Origin: Strigamia acuminata | Taxonomy: Eukaryota | Reading direction: 5' to 3' | Length of the DNA stretch: 64,000 nt | Assembly: GCA_949358305.1 (NCBI GenBank) | Contig: OX442314.1 | Location: 18,848,001-18,912,000 of the forward strand | Translations under genes and position numbers: made by a program | The notes under the pieces: model-generated | What the model saw: only the letters and a program-made list of their open reading frames with translations | Database searches by the model: none | Told to the model about the DNA's origin: nothing | Shown: positions 37,501-50,655 of the stretch, piece by piece | How the letters are laid out: each line of letters starts with the position of its first letter | Position numbering within the stretch: the first letter of the stretch is position 1

Positions 37501-38441
37501 ACGTCCCATACGCTTCGGTAGTTACACAGTACGTTTTGTCTTGTTGGTGCGTTGTAATTGTGACTTGCATTGTTACATAAATGGATTTCCTAACGAGGAA
37601 TAAAAAATTGAATTGCTTCCATTAAAAAAAAATCAATAAACTCACATCTGTTGCATAAGCAGGAAAAGGGGTTTCATTAGTCACAGTCACGTATTCGTTA
37701 ATACATTTGGTTAGTTTCATCAGACCACTTTCCCAATAAACGTTTGGATACAAATCATCTTTTTCCCATCCATGTTCTTCGAACACGCCGTATCTTAGCC
37801 GTATCCAATTGTCAAGTAATAATGAAGCTGGACGAGTATAATTATAATTAGTACAAGATAATTAGTACAAGATAAAATGAAACACAATTTGTGCAGTAAT
37901 AACCTGTTAGTTGTGATCTCTGGACATATGCGAAAGGAATATATATAATATCACCTGCATGGCCACATCCTTGACTCTGTTGTGTGTAGGGGTAGGCATT
38001 GGGTTGTTTAGTAATCAGAGCATCAGATTTTTCTACTGAATTCCATAATTGTCGCGCTCGTGTTTTTTCCGAATTAAATGGGAGAATGATAATGACTTCT
38101 TCGAATGATGTTAGTTGATTAGTTGCTACGTGCAGGAACTCCGAAGCTCGTATAAACAGCAGCTAAAAAAAAAATATTTACATTTTGCTTTTAGGGAAAA
38201 TGTAATTAACGCATACTGTAATTTGATTTATTATGTCGGTCTGGTTTTCTTCGAATAAGGAATTGTCAATTCTAACGGTAATTGTGTACGTGCCATTTTG
38301 GAATCGGGCTCCGAAACACATCAAAAGATAAATTGAAATTGAGGATACATGCAACCAATAAACGAGCACTAAAATTTAATAAATAATAGAATTGCAAGCT
38401 GGATAAAAATATGTATGTACAAATGTGTAGTTTTACTTACT
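34507..38441 (-). CDS. CLCA-like (calcium-activated chloride channel regulator family) type I membrane protein, multi-exon
   Basis: Signal peptide MLVYWLHVSSISIYLLMCFG; ASEFLHVAT, PYTQQSQGCGHAGDIIYIP, RLRYGVFEE, HNYNAPTRQNVLCNYRSVWDVM, VWA start VIFIIDAS, LLQWT/YDIRWS, C-terminal TM segment. Central exon boundaries only partly resolved. Confidence 0.85.
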
Positions 38442-39649
38442 GCTTTTTGTTTTATAACTTGGGAAGTTATAAAACTTTTGCCAGGAGTGTAACTCAGCAC
38501 TGGGTCTGTCTCCTTTCCTGTATTAAATGAGTGAAATCAAGTGAATTACAGTGGTTGACTATCCTATATTTGCTGTTAATCCATTTGGGCTCGGTGCCAA
38601 GTCAAACACGACCAGGGTGAGATTGAGTGGGGCAAAGTGCTGTTGGATTTTTAAAACGACGCTGAACGAATTACAGGTGTAATCAAACACTAGGTGTGTA
38701 TAACATTTTTGTAACATGATGTCTCGTGAATTCAAGGGATTATTTTAAAGTAAACATTGAGAATATACGGTGTGTAGATTCAACAGTGCTTTATAGGGGT
38801 TCGAATTGTTTTTAAAAACGTTGTTATTGTTGTGTAAACTCTAAGTGAAGATAATAAAACATAAAGAGTGGTTAATTGATATATAAGTTTATTTTGTTAT
38901 CTGAATTTCTTGGAAATTGGAAAAAATCATTGACAACAAAATTCTGTTGAAATGTACAAAAAAATTGTATTTTGTCGGTTTTAGGTGAATATGGAAAATA
39001 AAAGAAAGTTTTTAGTAGTCTACTTTAGATTTACATTCTATGCACAAAAGTGCATTAGGCGCATTCATAAATATGTGTAGCATTTATTTGAACATGTTTT
39101 GTTTAAATGTTGTGACACCTTGGATCTGATGCACGCATCTTAAATCCGCGCGCCCAGATGCCATGAATTGGACAAATGAAGCTTGGGACAATGTTACATC
39201 ATCAGCGATATCAGTATGTATCAGCTTGTATCTCGTTCACCAAATCGCGAACTAGTTCAAGTTCGCCTTCATCATCGTGTGAACTACCTAGTTCACTACA
39301 ATTTTTTTCAAAGTGAACAACGTTCAATTTCACGAACTTGAACCAATAGTTCAATTCACTTTTCCAATTTTTTTTAAAAAAAGTGAAATGTTTTTTTTTA
39401 TTCTGCGGTTTGCAGATGAAAAAAAACACTTTTTTTTTTAGTAAAGCAGTTGTTTTCATTGATTTTAATGACGAAAACGGCTGCTTTTGCCGTTTTCGTT
39501 GTAAAAAGTGATCAAAATGAATGTTTTGATGATGAAAACGTCATCAAAACGTTTAAAACTGATGCAAAAAGTTACGTTTTTACATCGTTTTCATCATCAA
39601 AAATGGTAAACGCGAACTTCGTTCAAGTTCACTTTTAAAAGCGAACTAA

Positions 39650-40340
39650 CAAGGGGAGCACATGTATAAGATACTCACAGATTGTTGCAATATTAAACGT
39701 GAAGGATTGTTATATCATGCTGAATGAGATCCTAAAATAATTTCATTCCATAAACAGCCAACAATGTAAACAATGAGCTCAAAGTTTGCACTATTTTGTC
39801 TGTGTTTGTTTTTAGAAAACTTTAATTAATTAATTTAATTTTTTAACAAATATAAAATAACAAACATTAACATTACTGCTAAAAATAAATAATAAAAAAA
39901 AGTACAAATTTTCACACACACCAGGATTTGAACCGGTTTGAAAAGATAGCTAGTCCATTGCCTTAACCACTGGACCACCACTACAAACTATTATTATCTT
40001 CATGAAGATAGTCATGTTGGTGATCAAAGTTCTGATGTCATGACATCGTTGAATCTCAAATGATGACATGACATCATTGAATATCAAATGATAAAATTCA
40101 ACTTGGATCTTGGAACTATTTTTTACCTAGCAACTGTTGTTTACAGTATTCATACACTAGGCCTGATGGCTCAGTTTGGATGATACACAGACAAAATAGT
40201 GCAAACTTTGAGCTCATTGTTTACATTGTTGGCTGTTTATGGAATGAAATTATTTTAGGATCTCATTCAGCATGACATAACAATCCTTCACGTTTAATAT
40301 TGCAACAATCTGTGAGTATCTTATACATGTGCTCCCCTTG
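39650..40340. mobile_element. MITE with ~156-bp TIRs carrying a tRNA-Ser-like segment (39913-39984, minus strand)
   Basis: 39650-39805 is a near-perfect inverted copy of 40185-40340. Confidence 0.85.
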
Positions 40341-40391
40341 TATGTTCGTTTTTTGCGTTCACTTGTAAAAGTGAACTAGTTTGCGATCTTA

Positions 40392-41017
40392 GGGGATGAA
40401 CTAATCGTCAGCCGGCAGCCGTCAGCCCCCCATTTCCCAAAACCCCCAAAGCCTCCCAAACTCGGCTGCCGTCAGCCTTGGGTTGTCAGCAGCTCCCAAA
40501 CTCGGCAGCCAGCAGTCCCCACCAAACTTGGCAGCCCACCCAAACTCGGCAGCCAGCAGCCCCCACCAAACTTGGCAGCCCACCCAAACTCGGCAGCCCC
40601 CCCAAACTCGGCAGCCCCCCCAAACTCGGCAGCATTCAGCCTTGGGTTGCCAGCAGCCCCTACCAAACTTAGCAGCTCCCCCAAACTTGCCAGCCCCGAG
40701 TTTGGGGGGCTGCTGACAACCCAAGGCTGACGGCTGCTGAGTTTGTGGGGGCTGACGAGTTTGGGGGGGGCTGCCGACAAGTCAAGGCTGCCGAGTTTGG
40801 GGGGGCTGCCGACAAGTCAAGGCTGATGGCTGCCGAGTTTGGGGGGACTGACGAGTTTGGGGGGCTGCCGTGTTTGAGGGGGCTGCCAAGTTTGATGGGG
40901 GCTGCTGGGTGCTGACAACCCAAGGCTGACGGCAGCCGAGTTTGGGAGGCTTTGGGGGTTTTGGGTAATGGGGGGGCTGACGGCTGCCGGCTGATGGCTG
41001 ACGATTAGTCCATCCCC
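40392..41017. mobile_element. GC-rich fold-back MITE built from ccaaactcggcagcc repeats
   Basis: TIRs ggggatgaactaatcgtcagcc / ggctgacgattagtccatcccc; flanking duplication gatctta. Confidence 0.8.
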
Positions 41018-43516
41018 GATCTTAGTTTGCGAACTTAGATACAACACTGAACGATATGCAATTGTTTTAAATTAATAATGTTAGCTTTGACATACCGGTA
41101 CCTAACGGGTGTTGTTACTTGCGATGATACCGTTGACACAATCCAACTTTTGCAACATATTCAATTAGATGATCCACTTTCAGTTGAAGATTATGTTTCG
41201 GCTGACATAAACATACTAATTGAAGAATTCTCAATCCACAACTTTGAATCGATTATTTTGCAAGAAGCTCGGAATTTAAGAAACGACAAGGAACAAGTTT
41301 CTGAAGACAATGAACCAGTTGAAGAATATTTGCCTTGCCGAGTTTGGAAGATGCCAAAAAGGCAGCAGAAATTTTGAAAGTTTTTGCATTAACTCAAGAG
41401 TATGCTCCTTTAATACTACATTCTCATGGAGCACATTCGTTAATCTGCAGAATGATTGTAGACTGCAAGATTAGTAAAATTTGAACAAAAAAGCAGGTTA
41501 AATTGTATAATTCTTTCAACTCTGTCTAGTCCGGACAAGTTTCTAGGTCCTGTTCTATGTCCGGGCTATACAGCGTACACAGTAATTTATATTTGATTAT
41601 TACTGTTAGGTAATGTTTCTACTCTTGGCGGCAAACTTTCTCGCTTGGCAGAACTCAGTGACTAGAAGTGACCCAAATTATTGTGTACAAATTTTCCTTA
41701 AAACTTACTAATTTTTACATTTAAACCTTATTATTAAAATTTATTTGTGACGCCAATGGGTTTGGCCACGGCCACCCCATCCAGTGTGCCATATATGTTC
41801 ACTTTTCTCCAAATTGAACTGGAGATTGTAAAATGAGGAACTCGGATTGCACATTGCACTACTAGGAAGAGAAAAACTTCTTCGAACACAAAAAAACTCT
41901 ATTTCGTTTCTAAACGATGAATGAGACAGTAGCTGTTCTGTCATTTTTATTTATGATTTCTCTGTAGCCAGCTACAAGGTTAGGGTAATTGGATAATCAA
42001 ACTGTACATATTTTTAAGAAACTGGTTAGTATGCAATTTAGTTCTTTAATCTTTTATTTTTTTTATACGCAGTATTATTTTGAAATTTTTTTAAAGTAAA
42101 TTGTTTATTGTTGTTCATAAATTCAAGTTTAGAACAAATAACCGTATTGTCTATCTGTAGGTGATTGTTTTATTATTCTGCGGTCCTGTCCGACAGATTG
42201 AGTTATCTAATCGGATTCTGGTCCTTTTGACTTCTGGAATTATGAATTATGGATTATGAAAATTTTGTTTGATTAGTTTATTAGTTCAATCTCACCTGGA
42301 CTTTTTACAAATCGAGATTGTTTAGCTTTGCCCAGTAATATGATCAAAGATCATCAGCAACGAAAAGGTGATTAACGGAAGGAAGTAAGTCTCAGGCAAA
42401 AGAGCACCGGAATGTCAGGGGAATACTGTTGAAAAGTAAATCGTTCCAGGTGAGTGTGAAGCATAAAACAATTATTTCCTTGGCAAAAATCAACGCCATA
42501 CTTGGCCGCCATTTAATTCATGACTTGTGACCATGACTGTAGTGATTGGAACAACTGGTACAAGAGTATAAAATATGATGCACATGAGTTTACAAAACAT
42601 TACTCATGTACTATCACCAAATATGCACAAAGAATAGAAAGAACAAAGTGCAAAATTTCAACATTTTTACAACACTGTAGGGGAGAGGGGAGCACATTGG
42701 GACGAGGAGCACATTGGAAGCACATTTGGGACAAGACCAATAACTAGTTACCATTGTGTGGTAAAAATTACTTACTAATAACACGAGCTGGCATAACCAA
42801 ACTCTCATCTGGGATGATGTTATTTGTTTATTACAAATGGCGAGTCAATTATTTTAACAAGAAAGTTGTTTTTATGCATCAAAAGTAAATTTTGCCTTTT
42901 TACTTACGAGGAGCAGGAGTGTGTAATCCACAATTGTTAAAATTGTTATGAAATAAAGTATTCACATGACCTAAACAATCTATTTTTCTTATATTTAAAT
43001 GCACCCCTATCTCGCATTGTTAAAAACAGTTACAGTAGTTTTGATGTTGTGTAAATTATTTTGTGTTCCAGAATAAGGTTAATATAGACTAATCACCAAG
43101 TGTAGTGAGTAAAACTCAAAAAAATCCAAAAGTAGTATTTCAATACACAGTAAAGAATTCTGTTTGTAACAATTTGAGAGAGAGGTGCATTTAAATATAA
43201 GAAAAATAGATTGTTTAGGTCATGTGAATACTTTATTTCATAACAATTTTAACAATTATGGATTACACACTCCTGCGTTCTCCTTGTTAGTACTTTCATT
43301 AGTATTTTCCTTAGTACTTCCATGTTTTACCAGCAGATGGGCGGCATGTGTGGTTGTGGTCACATGCGATTTGTCAAATGATGCCACAACCCCAGCGCCA
43401 CATTTGACAATTACCACTTTTGCTGATACTAAGTTTAATAAATTCTACATTTGCACCCTTATAGGTACACTGGTAACAAAAATGTTGTTGTCAAACATTG
43501 CCCATCTGTAGGTTAA

Positions 43517-45704
43517 AGGTCACACGAAGAGAAAAATAAAAAATGACAAGAAGATGACTTACTGTATGTCATTATTAGACCAAATCTGTTGTTTTTAAAG
43601 GCTTTTATTAAAGGCTTTTATTTAACTTGACTTGAATGTTTGTGTTTCAACTTCCGGTTCGTGTTATATCTAAAAAAAATGAATTAAGAAATTAATCATA
43701 AGATTGGAAAGTAGACTTTTCGGGTACAGTTTTTGGTCTACTTTTCAATAAAGATGATAGAAAAAACATTAAATATAGATAAAATGGAGAAAATGGCAAA
43801 TTATGGCGAAATTTAGACGAACCCGAGCGCCACCTGGCGGATCCCGTGTCCTTTAATGGAAGCTAAAATGTTCGTTGCAAAACGAAAAATGCTCTTTTCT
43901 ATCTTGAAATGACATTTGTAAATTTTGAAACCAGTCTCACTCGATAGGAAATCAAAATCTGCACCAGCCTGTATCTTTTGTTTTTCGATTTGGTAAAAAA
44001 AAGTACCGTTACGGTCGGCAAAAGTCGGCGACCGCATGGTAAATTCAGTGCGAAATTTGAAAATGACTGATTTTTAAAGGCTTTTATTTAACTTGACTTG
44101 AACGTTTGTTTGTGTGTGTGTGTGTGGGTGTGTGTGTTTGTTTTCCAACTTCCGGTTTGTGCAATTTTCAAAAAATCAATTAAGCATAAAAAAATTACAA
44201 TTTTGGCTTCGTTGGGCCATAGAACAGGTCATTCCGAACATTATAAAAAAATAAAAAAAGACTCATTTTAGACTTCTAAACCTATGTTTAGAAAGTCTAA
44301 TGAAACGGCTCTGTCTGTCCGTCCGTTCGTCGTCAACGATTCCGGAACAACTACCGCAGCTAGAGCCAAACGGACAACGGCATTAAATTCAGCATACCTA
44401 TATTAGTATCCTAAGGTATTTTCAGATTTCTCCGACCTCCGGTTGAATTAATAAACCCGTTTTAGTGCACTTTTAGCCGTCTATTCCATGAAAATTACGG
44501 AAATGACGTAATATGAAATGACGTCATATGACGTCATTTCCGTAATTTTCATGGAATAGACTTTGGACTGAAAGACTTTTTGATGAAAGTGATTTCAGTG
44601 CGTACGATTTGCACCACAGTTGACGTACGAGTTGTGTCACACGTACGTTTGTTGTACGCGATCTGTTTACATCCCGGCGCCGGCGTATTACGCGCATACG
44701 AGACGAAACATCAAGGAGTGCCGCAAATCAAAGTTTGATTTAAGTTTTGATTTGGGTTTCTTTAATATATTGGAGTAACAAACTGTGGAAATTTCTCTTG
44801 GGTTGTTTTTTTGGACTTTTTCAAGTAAACTTTTTTTTTTTTAATTAGGGACAGAGGGGCAGGGTTTAGAAGTCTAATATGTAATGCTTCCCTGCATTGC
44901 AAATGTTTACTTGTTTAAGCGCTGTGGACTGGAAAAACAAAATAAAATTCTGATTTACGGCAAAATTTAAGCAAACCGGAGCGCCACCTGGCGGAACCCG
45001 TGTCCTTTAATGGATGACAAAATGTTCGCCCGACACAAATTTTGAAGTTTTCGGTACTAAAAATGGATTTAAAAATTCTGAAACTAGGCTCATTCGATTG
45101 GAAATTGCATTCTGCACAAGCCTGTGTATTTTTTCTTTTGATTCAGGAAAAAAAATACGTTTTTTTACGATTGTAGCCACTACGGTAGCCAGCGACCGCA
45201 TGGGAAATTTAGTGGGAAATTTGAATTCGAACATAAAAAAACCAAATATATGAAAAATGAACCGATTAGAATATTTAAAATATGTTTCCTGTGCAGAATT
45301 TGCCACTCTTTTAAATTGTGTTTCGTTTGTTTGCTAAAAACCGATCTGACATTTGCCAAATTTTTCGAATTTTTCCAATTTCCCAGAGGGATACAGCATA
45401 AAAGCCTTTTTCTAAAAAATACTTAGTTCTTTTTATTTATTTTTTACTTGTTCTAGATCTTTATATCGTTAGTTTGAACTTTGCAAAATTGTTAAATGTC
45501 CTCCATTTTTAGTTTACGAAAATTTCAAAAAGTTGTTGTTGGTGGCGCTTTTGATGACGTCATCGGTGAGAAACAAGCTGTTTGTTTGTTGCCAATGACG
45601 TCATCAAAAGTGCCACCAAACAATTGAAAAAGTAAAAACAACAGATTTGGTCTAATAATGACATAAGTAATCTTTTTGTCAATTTTTTTTTCTTCTAATG
45701 ACCT
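43517..45704. mobile_element. Kolobok-like non-autonomous DNA transposon
   Basis: TTAA TSD, AGGTCA...TGACCT ends, ~75-bp imperfect TIRs including tatgtcattattagaccaaatctgttgttttt. Confidence 0.7.
44266..44915 (+). mobile_element. DINE-1/Helentron-associated (HINE-like) element
   Basis: 5' subTIR tagacttctaaacc, nearby partial inverse, ctgtctgtccgtccgt microsatellite, 3' ggtttagaagtcta followed by stem-loop gtaatgc/gcattgc, T-rich ends. Confidence 0.7.
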
Positions 45705-46390
45705 TTAATTTATAATCTCAGGTGCAATATATCATGTCAACATGTATTTTTTTAATTAACTTACCGGTAGTTGTATGTACAGCTTTGTTTTTGTTTTACA
45801 TCTGCTATATTTTACTATGGCAACACTAATAAATTCAAAGTCACCTTACAGCAAAAAAGCCCAATGTGGGTCTTTAGAAAGAAGGGTGACGACTGAGCTT
45901 TGTAATTTCATACCAATTAATTTTATCTGAAAGTTTTTTTGTTTTTAATAAAAAAAGAATATTTAGCTTTGTTACATTTAATATAATTAACCCTTTGATG
46001 TGTAACGGTAAACTATACTCATTTTGGCATAAGGCATCCTATCGAGGACGCAATACGTAAACAATAATAATAATAATAATAATAAAGAAGTTTGTACCAT
46101 CTGGGGGTGGTTTTAAACACTACTGGTAAAAGCCAAAAGCTGTTGACTGAAGCTTTAAGGGTGCAGCAAATTTTTATAAAATAAACCATAAAATGGCATG
46201 TCCACATACGTATAATGCGAACTGTTAATCAATCTTGCTCATAACCATTCTTAATAATAATAATGCATAACCATTCTTAATAGTACGAATTAATGCAACA
46301 AAAAATTATTTTATTAAAAAAAAATGTCAACGTTTAAAATGTCGTCTCATTTTCAGGTTTGTTTGACAAATAACTGTTCTAATGTCTATA

Positions 46391-47133
46391 CAGGGTGTTT
46401 CGTTTAAGACTCCCCAGTCAATTTCCAGAATAAGTATATGCTTTTTTAAAAAACCAAACAGACTATCCTATAGCAAAGTAGGGATGACGAATCCAATGGT
46501 GTAATCAAATTTCATGTCAAACATGCAACAATGCACTTTTCATTCGCTAACTCGTTAACTGGTTGAGATAGAGAAAAATTTCCAATTACAAAGTTGTAGA
46601 GCACCATCAAATTAGTACTATCCAACTTATCTTAGTCACCTTAAGTTTACTGCTTTCTTAAAAAGAAAATCAGCAAAATAAAAATTTTTATTCGTACAAA
46701 ATAAAATAATTTAGACATTAAAAAAATACAATGGTTTTTCTTGTTTACTTGCATAATAATGCAAATTTGAATACATTTATTAAAGAAATTCAGTACTTTT
46801 GCAGTAGAAATTTAATTTTTGTCACAAGCTGGCTTTATTTCAGCTGATTTGTTTTCATTTTAAAATGAAAAAATTTAACTAAAGATGGCTAAGATCAGTT
46901 GGATAGTACTAATTTGATGGTGTTCTACAACTTTGTAATTGGAAATTTTGCTCTATCTCAACCAGTTAATGAGTTAGCAAATGAAAAGGGCATTGTTGTA
47001 TGTCTGTCATGAAATTTGATTACACCATTGGATTCGTCATCCCTACTTTGCTGTAGGATAGTTTGCTTGGTTTTTTAAAAAAGCATATACTTATTCTGTA
47101 AATTGACTGGGGAGTCTTAAACGAAACACCCTG
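46391..47133. mobile_element. Tc1/mariner-like MITE with ~250-bp TIRs
   Basis: cagggtgtttcgtttaagactccccagtcaatt / inverse; TA TSD. Confidence 0.85.
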
Positions 47134-47176
47134 TATACTGTATACCGGTATCTATATTTGAGCACTAAGTTAACTA

Positions 47177-48748
47177 AGGTGCGTTTCATAATTATAAATC
47201 CACCCACAAATTTTGTGTTACAGCCAAACATTCTTCCCAACAATAAAATTCTTTATATTGTTTGATTATAACATGTGTCTTTACAAGATTTTAAGAAGTT
47301 TTCGTTGAAAGGAATTTTTTTTTTATATTGTTATAGCAAAAATGTAATTTTTAGGTGTTGCATAATTATAAATCCACATTTGGTTTCTATTAAATTTTTT
47401 TATTTTCAATAACCTATTGAACCACCTTTCTTTTCAATAACATTAATCATTCTGTTATGCATGGAATTGACTAGATTTTGCATTGTCTCAGTTGAAATTT
47501 CTTCCCATTTCACTATAATTGCAAGTTTTAACTCCTCAATTGATTCATATTGCTTTCCTCCTTGATATACTGATCTGGCAAGTATTCCCCATAGGTTTTC
47601 TATGGGATTCAAGTCAGGGGAACATGCTGGCCACTCCATTACTTGCACTCCATTGTCCAAAAACCACTGAAATGTTGTTCGGGCATTGTGGATCGGCGCG
47701 TTGTCCTGTTGAAATTCCCAAAATGGGCCACCAATTTGCTCTCCAAATGGCATAAGTTGTTCGTCAAGCAACTGTTGGTATGAATCAGCATTCATTCGAC
47801 CACTGACAAAGGCAATATTACTTTTACCATTCCATCCAAACGCTGCCCAAATCATAACCGATACTCCACCTTGCTGACGTTTTGAAAAAATCTGTTCGTC
47901 TTTGCGTAAATCGTGCCAGTAATATTGCCATCCATCTGGGCCATCCAAATTAAACTTTTTTTCATCACTGAACACTACTTTATGCCATTCCTTCTGCCAA
48001 CACACTTTATCTTTTGCAAATTCCACTCTTTTCACCTTGTGTCTTGGTTTCAGAGATGGAGTGGTTTTTCTCTTCTTGTACACTAAGTGTTGACAGTTGC
48101 TCACAACTCTGGAGAGTGTAGATTTTGAAACATTAATGTCTGGACGCTTTGATAACTCCCCTAAGGTCACATTTGAATTGGAAATTTCACGTAAAATTGT
48201 TCGTTTTTGGCGGTCTTGTAGCTTTGATGGTCCGACCACTGTGAATTTTGGTGCCATATTTGTCTCTCAATTTCACATAACTGTTGATAAGACCATGACT
48301 TCTGTCCAAAAGTCTTGCTATTTCCCTGTTGGATGTATTCTGTTCACTTAAGATTGATATTTGTCCTTTTTCAAAGTCAGAAAGTGGTAATCCACGAGGC
48401 ATGGTTAAAATGAATGCACAGCAAAAATGAAAGCGAAAATAACAAATGTGACAGTTAGAAAACATTTAAAAAACGTCATTATAATTAGCTAGAAGCACCC
48501 TCTATGATCCGTTAAAAAAACTATCGCCCACAACCTTAGAACCAAATGTGGATTTATAATTATGCAACACCTAAAAAGGACATTTTTGCTATAACAATAT
48601 AAAAAAAAATTTCCTTTTAACGAAAACTTCTTAAGATCTTGTAAAAACACATGTTATAATCAAAGAGTATAAAGAAATTTATTGTTGGGAAGAATTTTTG
48701 GCTGTAACACAGAATTTGTGGGTGGATTTATAATTATGAAACGCACCT
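47177..48748 (-). mobile_element. Tc3-like Tc1/mariner transposon, full length (1572 bp)
   Basis: ~210-bp TIRs with inner/outer cataattataaatccac repeats; TA TSD; transposase inside. Confidence 0.95.
47406..48402 (-). pseudogene. DD34E transposase (Tc3-like) with a single +1 frameshift near 48233
   Basis: MPRGLPLSDFEKGQI (ATG 48402) shifts frame at GGTCGGACCA into PSKLQDRQKR; VVFSDEKKFNLDGPDG, FQQDNAPIH, SPDLNPIEN with 34 residues between D and E. Confidence 0.9.
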
Positions 48749-50334
48749 TATGTGCCAAAAAGATCTCGACATCATCACACTAGGAGTGCAGATCTGCTAA
48801 ATTGACAAAAATTTAAGTGGATGGTTTCGAGGATAGCGCTATTTCTTATTGGTAAGTCTAATAATATTTTTTTCATAATATTGAGTGCATTCGTGAGTAA
48901 ATTTCTGACGAGTTATAAAACAAAAATAGTGACATTTTTATATGTATTTTATTCAACTTTCTTAGAAATTAACAAATTTGAAAGCTTTTTTTTTAAAAAA
49001 AAAAAGATACGTCTCTAGTGTTCGTTGACAAAATTTCTTCCGATTTGATAGGTTTGTGTACGCAATCTAGCGTTGCTGAATTACTGTTAGAAACCCTTGG
49101 GAATTTGCTTTGCAGCTGTTTGTGCAAAGAGTGAAAAAAGCTATTCAATATTGGACTGTACACAAGACGACTATGGTCGTGGAGAGATTTAAACATGATT
49201 ACTGTTTGAGGAGAAAAAATATTTAAGTAAAAGGTCGTTGACATTCTGAAAATCTTGTCCACATGATTGGGCCCACGGAAGTACTTATTAATAGAAATAT
49301 TTTAACGTTTGATCATATTTACACGAGTTATTATAAGAGAAAAATATACTTCCTACTCCTCAATATGATCATCTACTATCGTATTACATGAATTCCAATT
49401 ATTAAAACCTTTGGAAAAGTTATTTTTAAAAAGATTAAATGAAATTTTATTATTATATTACATGGAATTTGTTATTCTAGATATACGGATTTTCTATTTT
49501 TACTCTTTTTTTAATTCATAAATTTTGAATTGCAATTTTTCTATCTGATTATGTTCAGATGCCGAATGACTCAATCAGACTAGATTCACCGTATACCCGA
49601 GAGATGGGGAAAAGACTAATTAGAATTTATCTATAAAGTTTACATATTGATAACTTTGAAGTCTGTAGTAAATAGTTGTGAAGTTAGAATAAAAAAATCT
49701 GTTGTCATTTTTTCGATAAATTAAGTCATAAAACGTGACATGAGATAAACAAGTTTAAATGTGGGAATCCTCCGTTGCTTTAATATTCTGGCTTTTGTAA
49801 ATGCCAAGCTAGCCCGGATACTGTTTTCTATTTGTTAATTCATATCTACACTTTGACAAATTAGAATTGATAAACTTGAATGAACAAAAGTAGTAAACAA
49901 CGATTTTTTTTCTTTCTTAACATAGTTAAAGACTAAAAATAAATTTATTAACGCAGTCACAGAAAACCATTTATTTTTCTTTATTTTTCAATGCATTTTC
50001 GTGGTAATAGAATAGTTATTTGAGATAGTGTAATTTTGCCGTGTTCTAATGCCACTAACATGGGAGAAACTATATTCGAAGCTGTGTGCAGTCCTGGTGA
50101 TTTTATTTAAACATCGCGATTTAATATTTTATGAGGTGAGAATCATCTACTCACGTGTGTACCTTGAAATTAATTGTGCTTTTTTTATGAAATAAAGTAA
50201 AAAAAAAAAAATTTACTGAATTCTATTCTTCAAGTCGTGAATTTATAAAAGTAGTATTAATTTTTATTATTAAGCTTTAATTGCTTTTTCTTCTTCTTGC
50301 TTTATCATCATCAGTGTTGTCGGGTTTGCTATAC

Positions 50335-50655
50335 TACAGTAGTGTTTTTCAGGGTTCCATATTGGGTCCTATCTTGTATAAAATATTTATTAATGATTTA
50401 TCGTGTTTGCTATCTAATGTTTTCAGTCCTACTTTGCTGATGATACCAAACTCGGTGATTCGTTTGTTAATGGTGATGATGTTGACTGTGTTTGCAGACA
50501 ACTTTACTAGTAGTAAAGGAATGGTTTGAGTTCAATAGAATGAGACATAATGTTCATAAATCTGTCCTGTCTTTTACACGACAAACTGATTTTGGTTGTT
50601 TTGGGTATACACTGGATGTTATTTTGATTCCTAGATGCACTCTGCAGAGGGATTT
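50335..50655 (+). mobile_element. Decayed LINE (CR1/Jockey-like) reverse transcriptase fragment
   Basis: VFQGSILGPILYKIFINDL followed by frameshifted YFADDTK. Confidence 0.75.

Larger units (their letters stand above)
39212..41049. mobile_element. hAT-type non-autonomous element hosting two further MITEs
   Basis: Ends cagtatgtatc / gatacaacactg; 8-bp TSD agcgatat/aacgatat; subterminal gaactagttc-like repeats. Confidence 0.7.
39100..41583 (+). mobile_element. Decayed pogo/Tigger-like transposon 3' part, interrupted by nested insertions
   Basis: DAMNWTNEAWDNVTSSAI | CNCFK split by the hAT insertion; Tigger-like C-terminus SVEDYVSAD (41078-41377); end gtccgggctatacagcgtacacagta resembles the terminus at ~3555. 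Left boundary approximate. Confidence 0.65.

Noticed and set aside
40422..41047. Gly/Pro-rich ORFs
   Set aside because: Arise from GC-rich internal repeats of a fold-back MITE.
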